Below are positions 1-12,840 of a DNA stretch of 40,561 bases, piece by piece; position 1 is the first letter of the stretch, and each line of letters opens with the position of its first letter. The stretch spans positions 629,825 to 670,385 of the forward strand of contig NW_014577091.1 of NCBI RefSeq assembly GCF_000485595.1, in the 5' to 3' direction. The DNA comes from Priapulus caudatus (taxonomy: Eukaryota). A program made the position numbers and the translations under genes. The notes under the pieces were generated by a model. That model had not been told where the DNA came from and searched no databases. It saw nothing but the letters and a program-made list of their open reading frames with translations.

Positions 1-58
<58 letters not shown>
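1..58. repeat. (TA)n microsatellite
   Basis: Perfect TA run at window start. Confidence 0.97.
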
Positions 59-60
<2 letters not shown>

Positions 61-1169
61 CTATGCCCCCCTCTCTCCTGCTCTCTTTCCCCTCTCTAGT
101 GATCTCGCTCTCACTCTTGCTCTCCTCCCCGTTTCTTTCCCTTTGTCTCTATCTATATACAATGTGCTTGGCTGACTATATCTAATATATTGTGTAGACA
201 ACTAAATAACCCGGTAAACGTAATAATATAATTTTAACTGCAAGTTATAATCGCTGTTCAGTTGAAAACAATTTAATTTTACATAACACAAACGTACATA
301 AAGGTGGAGATAAACGTAATCTGCATACTCTCTGGAATTTACCGAATATTTCATGCTTGCAGTAATTGTGAACTTTTAATTACTCTCACAATCATCTTCA
401 TTCCCGAATGAATACATTTTTTGATGAATACATGAATATATTACTTCACGAGCCTGTCCAAATGCATTTTTAACGTTTCTACACGCGAGCAACACTGTAA
501 CGTTGTTGTGTGCATGCAAATTCGGCGAGCAAGCACAACGACAGTATGTCTCTACGCTCTGCATGCTTAATCAATTGCTGATGAAAATGATACCTATATA
601 ATTCATATCACCATAGAGTATGTTATGAAATTAAATTGCAACACATATATGATTCGTCTCGTAAGATATACTGTGTGCTTCCCGGTGTATGATCCAGTAT
701 CAGCTATACCATCCCGTTTCAAATATATACGATCAGACGATCAGATATCTGCTCTCCCATGTAATTACGAATATTATCGTTATATTATGTTATATTACGT
801 TATATTATCGGCTCTTAGAAATATTACCCGATATCAAATTTATAATATCCAGTATCAGGTATACTACGTAATATCAGATATAAACTACTCACAGGCATTG
901 CTTGCATGTAAGGCGGTTTCGTCTCCCTACTATTATCATGCCACTAGCGTCTTACTGGTATAAGAAATGCGGCACGTATGCATGCCTGCCTGCTAACAGA
1001 CAGGTTTACACTACTGTAACCAGCAGCTTCCCACAACCATTAGACTACCACCACGGATACCAGTTCACGGGCAATAATATATAGCATAATATATAATACA
1101 TATATTTATAATACTATAGGCTGATCTCCATATCCGCGTGCATCGTAAACCATCACGCGCGCGCTCGCT

Positions 1170-1176
1170 TTCTCTG

Positions 1177-1257
<81 letters not shown>

Positions 1258-1285
1258 TTCTCACTCTCTCTCTCCCTCTCTCTCA
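1170..1285. repeat. (CT)n microsatellite
   Basis: Direct reading. Confidence 0.95.
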
Positions 1286-1794
1286 CACCCGCACTATCGC
1301 ACTGATTCACCCGCTAACTGTGGTCTGAAAACGCTCTTTTGCGTTGTCTCTATTCATCGTTCGCGCGCTCTCGCTCCCCCTCGCTAGCTCTCCTCGATCT
1401 TTCTCCCTATCTTTCCTTCACCTCTTCCAACTTTTTCCTCACCTATCTATCTCTTCTACTGTCATTCGCATTCTCTTATTCCATTCTCGATCGATTTGTC
1501 ACATTCGTTACCCCTTTTTTTCTCCCACCCTTTTTTCTGTCTCATTCTCTCTCTCGCGCGCGAGTTCTCCCGTTCTCGTAGCATGAGTGGATTAGAAAGC
1601 TCGGGCATCGTTGAGTGGGCACGTCCTTGCGATCGAAGGATGCGTGGCGAGGCACAGGCACATGCACGCACGACAGGCGTGTCGTGCTACGTACAGCTGT
1701 CATGATTTACTGTCACCGTTACCGTCCTCGGGGATTGCGCGCGAGGATAAGAGCGGCTTCTCTCTCTTTCTCTTTCTCCCTCTCCCTCTTTCTG

Positions 1795-1811
1795 TATGTA
1801 TGTGTGGGTGT

Positions 1812-1851
<40 letters not shown>

Positions 1852-1961
1852 TGTGTGGTGTGTGTGTGTGGTGTGTGTTGTGTGGGTGTGTGTGTGTGTG
1901 TGTGGTGTGTGTGCATGTGTGTGTGTGTGTGTGTGTGTGCGTGTGTGTGTGTGTGTGTGTG

Positions 1962-2050
<89 letters not shown>

Positions 2051-2351
2051 ATGTGTGTGTGTGTGTGTGTGTGGTTTCTCTGTCTGTCTGTTTGTTAGAC
2101 TGTCTGCCTATCTGACAGGCTGACTGTCTGTCTGGCTGCCCGCCCGCCCCGTCCGTCTGTCCATCTGTCCGTCCGTCCGTCCGTCCGTCCATCGTCGTCG
2201 GTCGTCCGTCGTCCGTCCGTCGTCGTCCGTCGCCGTCCGTCCGTCCGTCCGTCGCGTCCGTCCGCGTCCGTCCGTCCGTCCGTCCGTCCGTCCGTCCGTC
2301 GTCCGTCCGCCCGTCCGTCCGTCCGTCCGTCCGTCCGTCCGTCCGTCCGTC
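1795..2351. repeat. Compound microsatellite (GT)n, then (GTCT)n/(GTCC)n
   Basis: GT run ~1795-2072; GTCC run ~2150-2351. Confidence 0.95.
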
Positions 2352-2754
2352 CTGAATCTATTCCCAAGCCTTATTCTCTCTTTCTCCTCCCACCACAGTC
2401 CGTCCCCTCTCTTTGAATTATTTCCACGCCGTATCTTCTCTACCTCCCACCAGACTGCCACCACTCTCCTGAATTTATTTCCACCCTCCCGTTTCCTTTT
2501 CCCACGATGTTTAATCATGATCTACCCCCTCCAACACCCACCCAGCGCCTACTTGCTTTATTTCCGCGTACCATCCGGCAGCCCCTCTCACACGTAGCAT
2601 CGCCCCATCGTACCACACCACACCTTACCCACCTTACTCTAATCTCCATTTCCCCCCTCCTCCCACGTTCCGTCCTCTCTCCTCGCCCTCGGCTTATTCT
2701 TCCTCCTTCACCCGACGTCTCATCATCCCCTCACCCATTCCCCCTCCTTCCTCC

Positions 2755-3205
2755 TCCTCCCTGTCCCATCCTCCCCCTCGCCCCACTCCCTCTCCTTCCT
2801 CCTCCCCACGTCACATCCTTCTCCTCGCTCCACTCTCTATCCTTCTTCTTCCTCCACGTCCCATCCTACCCCCTCGCTCCACTCGCTATCTTTCCTCGCC
2901 CCGCGTCCCATCCTCCCCCTCGCTCCACTCTCCTTCCTTCCTCCTCCTCCACGTTTTATCCTCCCCCTCGCTCAACTCTCCATCTTTCTTGCTCCGCGTC
3001 CCATCCTCCCCCCTCGCTCCACACGCTATCTTTTCTCCGCCTCCACGTCCCATCCTCTCCCTCGCTCCACTCTCCATCCTTCCTCCTCCCCACGTCCCAT
3101 CCTTTCCCTCGCCCCACTCCCCCTCCTTCCTCGGCTCGCGTCCCATCCTCCCCCTCGCTCCACTCTCCATCCTTCCTCCTCATCCACGTCCCATCCTCCC
3201 CCCTC
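2755..3205. repeat. ~46-48-bp polypyrimidine minisatellite, about 10 copies
   Basis: Unit approximately CCACGTCCCATCCTCCCCCTCGCTCCACTCTCCATCCTTCCTCCTC. Confidence 0.9.
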
Positions 3206-3946
3206 TCCAAGGTTCATCATTACCTCCGCGAATCTAGTTCTCCGCCGACGAAATGTCGTCGCCTGAATAAAAGCCGCGATTTCTATCAATAACGACGCTG
3301 ATTGGTTGCGCGCTGGCCGGCCAGGAATGATGCACACCGTGACAATTCGGCGACCGCACAACAAAGAACGACGAGAGTCTGCAAGCGGAGAGAGAGAGAG
3401 AGACCGGCGACTGATTCCGTCAGTCAATCATTTAATCTCGCAAACGACTTTATGTCTTTATTGTCGCGGTCGCCATGGCAACGCGCGGACAATAAATTAG
3501 GAAAGAGTGGAGCTCTCGACGGCGAACAAATGAAATGACATCATTTCATTGCGCGCGGTTACCTCTGTATAACAGAGCGACTCGCGTGTGCGCGCGCAGT
3601 GCGGGAAAAAAAACGCTGCGCATGCGAGAAAGCGCGCTGTCTGCATGCGTGTGTTTATAGCTGTCGTCGCCTCCCTCACCTCCTCTCCTCCTCCCGCCTC
3701 GCTCTGTGTCCTCTCTGCCTTCTCTTGTCCGCCGTTATCTCCGCGATGCCTCTTTGTTTCTCTTTTTCTCATGCGGTCGTGCTTTCTTTTATCATTTGTC
3801 TCTCACAGTCGCCTTTTCTTTTTCTATCGCTTTCTCTTTCTATATCTCGCCTGCGCTTTTTCTCTCGGGTACTCCCTATATCACTCTATATCTTCCTTCT
3901 CTCTTTCTTTCTCTTGCACTTTATCTGTATCTCTACCTCTTTCTTT

Positions 3947-3980
<34 letters not shown>

Positions 3981-4532
3981 CGTTCTTTCTATCTCTCGTT
4001 CCTTCTTTCTCTTTCTCTCTCTCTCTTTCGCTCTCTCTCTCTCACTCGCCCCTCTCTCACACACTCTCCGTGGGTATACAACTCTCTCTCACGTCAGCAT
4101 TTTCGCTGTCGAGTTCGCACTCGAAGTAGAGATTTGCGAAACTATTTTTGACAGCGAACCTTACACTCAAAGTTCACGACGAGTGACGCATCGTTGACTA
4201 CGAGCGAAATAGGTAGTTTAAGAGAAAGCACATGTGAGTAATCCTTATGAACATTCACGACAGAAGCTCAGAAAATATCTTCTCATGAACAAGCAATGTA
4301 CAACGGAATACCAAATGAAAGTACCGAAATACTATAGAAGCCAATTATGATATGCAGGAGTATGGGCGCGAAAGTGAAGAAGGAGATAGAAGCTATAAAA
4401 GGATAAGTGAGGAGGAGAGGAGAAATACAAGATCCAACATAGCAAGGCCTTTGTCACTCACTCTTTCTCGGCAATAGTAATGTCCATGGAGGTAACTAGC
4501 AAAAATTACCGAAAAATTCTATTTACCCACTC

Positions 4533-4843
4533 GTGTACGTGCATACGCGCACATGCATGTATGCGTACGTGTGTGCGTGCGTACGCACATGCATGTATAT
4601 GCGCGTGAGTATGTCCGTACGTGCATACGTGTGCGCGGTGCAGTGTGCGTGCGCGTGTGCATACGCCGTACGCACATGCAAGCATGCGCGTGTACATACG
4701 CGTACGCGCGCATGCATGTCCGCGCGTGTGTATCGTGTGCATGCACGCATGCATCTATGCGTACGCGTATGCGTGCGTACGTGCATACGACCTGATACGA
4801 CGTGTGTGCGTGCGCGTACGCGTGTGGCGTGCTCGTGTGCGTG
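4533..4843. repeat. Degenerate alternating purine-pyrimidine tract (GT/GC/AT mix)
   Basis: About 310 nt of near-continuous RY alternation, e.g. GTACGTGCATACGCGCACATGCATGTATGCG. Confidence 0.85.
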
Positions 4844-5280
4844 CGGGGTCGAGGCACTATCTGCACGCAGCATTAGTTATGGCTAGCGTCCGTAATTCGC
4901 CGCTCCGCCCTCTCGCCGCCCCACGGCGCCTGATCGCCTGTTTATGCTACTAACCGATCATCAGGCTTGTCCGATTACGAGCAATACCCGCGCAAGAGAC
5001 GCAACGCCCCGGCCGCGCCAGCTCCTCCCGCGCCGCTAAGCCCGCAATTAACACGTGCCGGCGCGGCGGGCGCTCACAACAGGTAAGCGGATCGACTCTG
5101 GCCGCCGCCGCCGCGCAACAAACGGCCGAGTGCTATTGTTGTGATGGCGAGTGAGCGGGATTACGGGCTGGCTTACGCCCCCGAGCGCGCGGCGCGAGAC
5201 AGCTAGAGTAGGCGAGCGATTGCGAAAGGCGATCCGTGTGAATCAAACTACGGGTAGACTCTCGCAGCGGGATACGTGCG

Positions 5281-5282
<2 letters not shown>

Positions 5283-5327
<45 letters not shown>

Positions 5328-5353
5328 TGTGTGTGTGTGTGTGTGTGGGGTGT

Positions 5354-5423
<70 letters not shown>

Positions 5424-5432
5424 TGTGTGTGT
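5283..5432. repeat. (GT)n microsatellite
   Basis: Direct reading. Confidence 0.95.
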
Positions 5433-5836
5433 GGAGGGGGGGGGGTGCGTATGCCTATTGCGATATCAATTATTCATGTCACAGGTCCCAGATGAAAACA
5501 ATTCCTTGACGAATGGACTCGATCTTTCTCGACGTATTGTGAAAACAATCCAATGAAAGCTGTTATGACGTTGTATAATTAAATCTATAACAATGAAATT
5601 TATAACAATTCATGCATGCAGGTTAAAAACATCTGGTAGTTCTGTAGCATCCAGAGAACTAGACACCACTGCTAAGTATGTTAGCACACGTTTGTAACAA
5701 CTGTACATGTATTTTACCTTCAATATTAACCCATCTAAATCTATAGAACTGTAATAAAATTGTTTTCAGTGTAATGATAGACCGACTCGTCAAATTGTAT
5801 TTTATCAAGAGTTATATCAAGCACGCATTATTTGCA

Positions 5837-6062
5837 TGTGTGTGTGTGCGCGCCTGTGTGTATGTACGCGTATACGCATGTGTGAGTGAGTGAGTGAGTG
5901 AGTGAGTGAGTGAGTGAGATGAATGAGTAGAGTGAGTGAGTGAGTGAGTGAGCTGATGAGTGAGTGTGTGAGGGAGTGCGTGAGTGAGGTGAGTGCAGTG
6001 TGTGTGTGTGTAGCTGTGTGTGTGTGTCGTGTGTGTGTGTGTGTGTGTGTGTGTGGTGGTGT
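5837..6062. repeat. (GT)n / (GAGT)n compound microsatellite
   Basis: Direct reading. Confidence 0.9.
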
Positions 6063-8489
6063 CGTGTGAGTCTCTCTCTAATTCATCCGTTGTTCGTGCA
6101 CCAGCGCGGGTGTGGCGTGTATTGCGTGGTTGCAAGATTAAGCATCGTTGACTGGCATTTAACAGGTGAATTTAGCGAAATAGAGTAGAGAAGCATTAAG
6201 ACTTTGGTACATTTCGTGTTTATTTACCATTAATGTTTTTTTAGTGAGACGTTCCAAGTGCCTGTGGTTCAGAAGAATTCCAACACGCTGTGAAGAGGGC
6301 GTAAGAGTGTGAGAGTGTGTGAGCGGGTGAGGGGTGAGATGATGAGGGTGTTATGAGAAGAGTACGAAAGTGTCGGGCGAGGGGGTTATGTGGCAAGGGG
6401 GTAAGCGGATGTAGGTGTGATAGTGTGGGGGTAGTGAGGTTGTAAGAAGGTAAGGGTAGGAGGGTGTAATGTTGCGGCGGCGAGAGGGTGCGGGATGAGA
6501 GTGAGAGGGTGGGGTGTAGGTTGTGAGACTCGAGGGTGTAAAAGTGTGGCGGCAAGGAGTGAGAGGGTGAAGAAATAAGAGTGTGAAGGGCGAGGGGTGA
6601 GGGGTGAGGGGTGTGAAGACGTTTCTGATGATGGGATTAGAAGTGAGGGGGTGTAGGATGTTAAGGGATGAGGGCCGAGGAGTGAGGGAACGAGTAGTGA
6701 GAACGTGAGAGGTTCAGAGGGTGAGTGGGCCATGGAGTGAGAGGGGGAAGGGTGGAGGTGACACGAAACGTGAGAGAGACGTCACATGCGGGTGGGGGCT
6801 TGGGAAAGACTTCACATGCGAGGGGGGGGGGCTTGGGAGAGACGTCAGAGAGGAGAAATGTTAGACGGTATTAACCTCGTGTAAAAATCCATGCTGGTAG
6901 TGTCCCCGTGTGCACAGCTAGCGACGTCTAGCGCATCAGCCTCTCTTTGTGCACGTAGCTGCCATCCGTATGTGTGAACGATAACTGGGAATACGATGAA
7001 CGTTCTCTGTCGGTCTTTCTATCTCACACACACGCGCGCACACGCACGCACGCACACACGCGCGGACACACTAACGCACACACAGACGTACACACACACG
7101 CGCGCGCGCGCACTCACGCACCTACACGCACACATACTAACAAAACAAAACAAAAAAACACCCGCACGTATATACATCTAATCGTCGTTCAGAAGCCGTC
7201 GATTGCATAAAACTAAACAATTGCTAAACAAGATCGACAACTTATCCGCAATTTTAGATTTTTGCTGCCCGAAGGGGGGCGCTCACGTGTTTGTCTGCCA
7301 CCCATCCATTACACGCGTCTAAGCAAGCACTACTCTACTATTTATTGTTTACATTGTTTGCTACAATACGGCAGCAATCAACGGCACGCGCGACAACACG
7401 CAGTCATTCGCCGATCACCGGCTTAAACAAACACGAATTGTTTATTGTTTAGATTGTTGACAACAATGAGACGACAATCAGTGGCACGAGGGTAAACAGG
7501 CAGTGATTGTCTCGCAGCGCGGGCAGGCAATCGGATAGAACAATAGGAAACAGGTGAACAATGCATCGTGCGCCGGTGCGTGACTGAGCGATGCGCGGTG
7601 GAACAGTTGGTCAGCAGGTTGTAAACATCACAGTTCATAGAAAGCTGGCTGGTAGGCGGGGCGACATATTTGCACGGCTGCTGGTCGCTGTGTTGCACCT
7701 GAAAGCTTCCCACTCATCATCGCGCTGAGAAACGCGCACGCGCGCGGCAAGCTAGCCTGTGCGCATGCGCAGCGCAGTAATCGGTGGTGGTGAAGCCAGG
7801 AGCGCGCGCCAACAAATTAGGGTGCTGGCGATGGGAAGAATTCTGCGATCGCGTGTTAAACATGGCGCTCGTTTATCTTATCGCATTTGCTTGCTAACAT
7901 TGAAAACGTTTAATTCAGCTAGGCGGTACAAGTCCATGCTGTTTACGTATGTCGGTATCGGTGGCTTCTATTTGATGGCTAGTACACGCTAACGTCATTT
8001 GCTGTTTCTCGATCCCATTATATGAATATAATCCCATATGTTTGGACCTTACTAAACCGGATAGCTTGGACAAGACCAATCCCGGATCACTGAAAACTCC
8101 AAACCATTAAAGCTGAGGTTAAAAGAGACAAAATAATACATACACTTGATTATTATTGATACCGATACAATTTACATGACGAAGTATTAGTAGTATAGCA
8201 CAGGTTTACTGTACAATGGGAATGATTAGTAAAATGTGTAATAGAATGTACACAAGAATGAGTAGCTTAGAAAATCGAACCATCGAAGCTGGCGAGCCAG
8301 CTTATTGAGAACGGAGTTACGAATTAGCGAAGTTCAACATGAAGTTTAGCAACTAGTTACTCAGTCGAGTCAGACGAACAGGTAGCGAATCTAGGACCAC
8401 AAGCGGTTTGATGACTATACACTATCAGTGCAATCAGGCAAGTAGTTACGCTATGCAATGCTGCTGCCAAGTAGAGACATTTTGAATTA

Positions 8490-8760
8490 TTCTAGGACTA
8501 CTACCGCCCGGACAACTACCACCCGCACAATTACCCCCCCCCCCTAGGACAAATACCACCGGACGACTGCCACCCGGACAACTACCCCCCTAGGGGAATT
8601 ACCCCAAGAACAACCTTAACCCTAACCCTAACACTAACCCTAATCCTAGGGGGGTAGTTGTCCGGGTCGTAGTTGCCCGGGTGGGGGGTGTCCTAGGGGG
8701 TAATTGTCCGGGTGGTGGTTGTCCGGGGGTAGTTGTCCAGGGGGTAGTCGTCCGGATACG
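8490..8760. mobile_element. Foldback-type non-autonomous DNA element with modular inverted arms and telomere-like core
   Basis: Left arm of ~15-bp (CCGGACAACTACCCC)-like units, right arm of (GGGGTAGTTGTCCGG)-like units, central AACCTTAACCCTAACCCTAACACTAACCCTAATCC. Direct repeat ATTTTGAATTA at 8479-8489 and 8761-8771. Confidence 0.85.
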
Positions 8761-9144
8761 ATTTTGAATTAATATGACTATATTGTGTACTATATACTAC
8801 ACGATGGCTACTGTAATAACTTCGTGCGACCTTTACTCCGTTTACTCAATACGAAACTGAAACGTTAACATTCATCATCGTGAAATAAAGCTGTATGTCC
8901 TGTTTAGAATCTATCGCATGTCGAAAACATCGAAATAAAATTTCACGTTGGAAAAACACGGAAACGTTGAGCCCGCTCCCCCAGGAGAGATTGAAGGACC
9001 GCAGACACTAACTCTAACCTGACTCGTTTATGCTACATTGACACTAGGAAGACTAATGGCCGACACGAACTGTTCGGCGCTAGATTATGCTTTCTGGTAT
9101 TAATCTCATCATCGTGGACTGGGGGTAAAACTATGTATGTTTAG

Positions 9145-9690
<546 letters not shown>

Positions 9691-10019
9691 GTGTACTACA
9701 CCATTAGTGTACAAAACATAATGACAACCATCTCTATAAGGTATGCAGGACAAACAAATTGACCAGTATCCAAATACCTTTATCACGCCAAGCTCGTGTG
9801 CGTGCGCAAACTCTGCTATAGACACATTCAGATAATGTTTGTCATATTAGCCGAATAGCCGAATAGTGGCGTATTGATATGCAATATTATATGTATTAAA
9901 GTTAAAATGACTGGTGAAAACTTAATTGTAAATTTCAATGACAGGATTGAACGATAATACATAATATATTATAAATATGTTGATGGATAGATGGATAGCA
10001 GCAACGATGACAAGTAGAG

Positions 10020-10560
10020 GCAACAGCAGCAGCAGCAGCAGCGGCGGCGGCGGCGGCGGCGGCGGCAGCACCACTAGTATCAGCAGTGGTCAAGCTTCGG
10101 TCTCAGTATCGGTATTACATAATCAGCAGCAGCATCAATTTAAAAATAATAATAATAATAAAATCATCATCATCAGCAGCAACAGCAGCAGCCGCACCAT
10201 GCACCACCACTAGTATTAGGACGGGTGAAGCGTCCGTCTCAGCATCTGTATTACATTATCATTAGCATAATAATAATAATAATAATAAAAATAATAATAA
10301 TATTATTATTAATAATAATAATATTATTATTAATAATAATAATAATATTATTATTATTAATAATAATAATAATAATAATATTATTAATAATAATAATAAT
10401 AATAATAAGAATAATAATAATAAGAAGAAGAATATTAATAATAATGAAATCATCATCATCCTTGTTATCACCTGCAGCAGTAGCAGCAGACACCATCCAC
10501 AGTCCAGTAGCAACAGCCGCTACCACATCATCAACATCACCATCAACAGCAGCAGCAACA
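10020..10560. repeat. Mixed trinucleotide repeats (CAG, CGG, AAT/ATT, CAT)
   Basis: Direct reading; AAT/ATT block ~10265-10445. Confidence 0.9.
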
Positions 10561-11139
10561 GACGCCATCGGCACTATCCCGTCGCGGCGACGCGAGAACG
10601 CGCGCGAACAAAGCAGACATCCTAATCACCGCTGACGCCCGCCACCCCTCCCCCAGCACGCGACAAATCGCCCCACCCCCTCGGGCGCGCCCATACATCC
10701 GACCTGTCGAGATCCCGGTGCTGATAGGGAGTGCTATGAAGCGGCGACCGTGCTGGGAGCACCGCACGGGCGGCCCGCACAGCGATACCTGCAATTACGT
10801 ACCTGCACAGATAGCGTGGGGGTCAATAAGGCCCTTTTACCTAGATGACTCGGGCTAGACGGCCATTGGTCCGCGCGTGGCCAACGGCCAGATGTCCGAG
10901 GGGCAACACGTGTCAACGCGAAGGCAATAAAGTAATTATTGCAACGAGAAATCGGCGCGTGGAGTTTGTTCACAAGGGAACTAGTGCGTGCGTGTGCGCG
11001 CGCATGTGTGTATTCACAATAACGCCATTCTTTGCTATGGTATCTCAATAATAGCTATTGAAAATTTGTAAATTTTCCACTATTATTTTTATTCAATATT
11101 TTAAGCAATCTAATTAATTTATTCCTCCCGCGAAATTCA

Positions 11140-11632
11140 TTATCGCCACCATCCTCGTCGCTATCGCCGTCGTCGTCGTCGTTGCCGTCATCATCATCAT
11201 TATCGCCATCATCATCAGCAGCAGCACCACCACCATCACCTCCACTACTAATAACAACAACAACCACAAAAATAAAAACCACCACCACCACCACCACCAC
11301 CACCACCACCACCACCACCACCACCACAACGACTACAATAACAACGACAACAATAACAACTGCGGGAGCAACAGCAACAACAACACTATCACCAACACCA
11401 TAACCACCCACCACTGATATCACCATTATCATCATCACCAGCAGCAGCAGCAGTAGCATCATCATCATCATCATCACTCTTATCATCATCATCATCATCA
11501 CTCTTATCATCATCATTATCATCATTATAGTCATCATCATCATCATCATCATCATCATCACAATCAACATCGCCATCGTCATCGTCATCGTCATAATCAT
11601 CATCAGAATAATAATGATCATCATCATCATTA
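11140..11632. repeat. Mixed trinucleotide repeats (CGT, CAT, CCA, CAA)
   Basis: Direct reading. Confidence 0.9.
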
Positions 11633-12239
11633 TGTAATTTAATTCTGCACTAGGCTGTAAATCTCAGCTGCGGATAAATATTCAACGCATAGCGTGACCA
11701 CAACGATACAGCATCATCTACGAATATCAGACCCGCTTTATTTATTTATAAAATATTTATACAACAGTTTATGACTTGATGACTCGAATCAGCTGGCTAT
11801 GCGGCAGTCGCGTATGTACAATCGATATCATTAGTTGAATCACTGTGCATCTGCATGCGTGCACGCGTCCTCGTGCGTGTTTCATTGGCGGGCGTACGCG
11901 CCGTTCTCCTCGTAACTCGTTTACTACTTATTATTATGAGATATTATTAGGCAAACCCGCTATAGTAGAAATTATGTAGATTTACGCTACACTTCAATTA
12001 TTGTTTCTATGCTTTATCACGTTTACTCGATAACATGTACACTTATTTCGATTCTTGGGATCTCTCTAATCATATTCGCCATGTGTTTCTATTAGGCAGA
12101 CTCCCCCTGTGTTTCTATAATATTGTTATTACAGGCAGTATGTTTCTGTACCATTTTCTCGTATTTTTGTAATTTTATTCGTTCGCGTACAATCGAGAGG
12201 CCAAATGGTAAATCTGAAATCTGGCAGTGTATTCTACAG

Positions 12240-12576
12240 CAATATGAACCATTTCTCACGAGGGGTGATTTAATCTCTGTACCCATCGATGCGAACCTCA
12301 CTACTGAGATACACGCACGTGCTGCCGGTATAGTTGTGTGGTAAATCTCACCGGGGCATCAATCTTAAATAATAACCGATCCGAGGTAAACATATCTTAG
12401 AACTTAATTGTTAGCTATTCCTATCCATTGGTTCATATAACATGGAGACTGTGTATTACTTATATATTAGTCGGTACGGACTAATAAGATACACTGATGC
12501 GAGAGAAGAGTGCCTGAAGCAGATGGAGATAGCAGCTTGGAAGCGTAAGGAGGAGAAAGAGAAGAGATTCGGCAAG
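12240..12576 (+). other. Candidate pair of phase-compatible exons of an unknown gene
   Basis: TTCTACAG|12240..12340|GTAAAT and ATTAG|12471..12576|GTAACA splice to QYEPFLTRGDLISVPIDANLTTEIHARAAGIVVCRYGLIRYTDAREECLKQMEIAAWKRKEEKEKRFGK. No recognised homologue. Confidence 0.3.
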
Positions 12577-12798
12577 GTAACACATATAAGTGCATTAATT
12601 TTTACTGTGTAATTGTAATCTATGCTGCAACCGCAAGATATATAGATGGTAGGCTTATATTGACTGGGAGCTAGGGAGTTGAAGGGAAGTAGATATAGGG
12701 AAATATATTAGAACAGAGATCATGAAACGCGAAAGGTGGAAGAGTGAGGCGGATGAGAGTAGAGAGATGGTAAGAGGAAGCGAAGAGAGAGAGAGAGG

Positions 12799-12840
<42 letters not shown>

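Noticed and set aside
2507..3292. 261-aa Pro/Ser-rich ORF
   Set aside because: Produced by the pyrimidine-rich ~47-bp minisatellite, whose period is not a stable multiple of 3.
6290..6845. G-rich strand-biased tract with GAGGGTG-like words
   Set aside because: Degenerate low-complexity sequence with no stable period or coding signal; G-quadruplex potential alone is unremarkable here.
8612..8648. True telomere or chromosome-fusion scar
   Set aside because: Only about five degenerate units, enclosed in a TSD-flanked foldback element.
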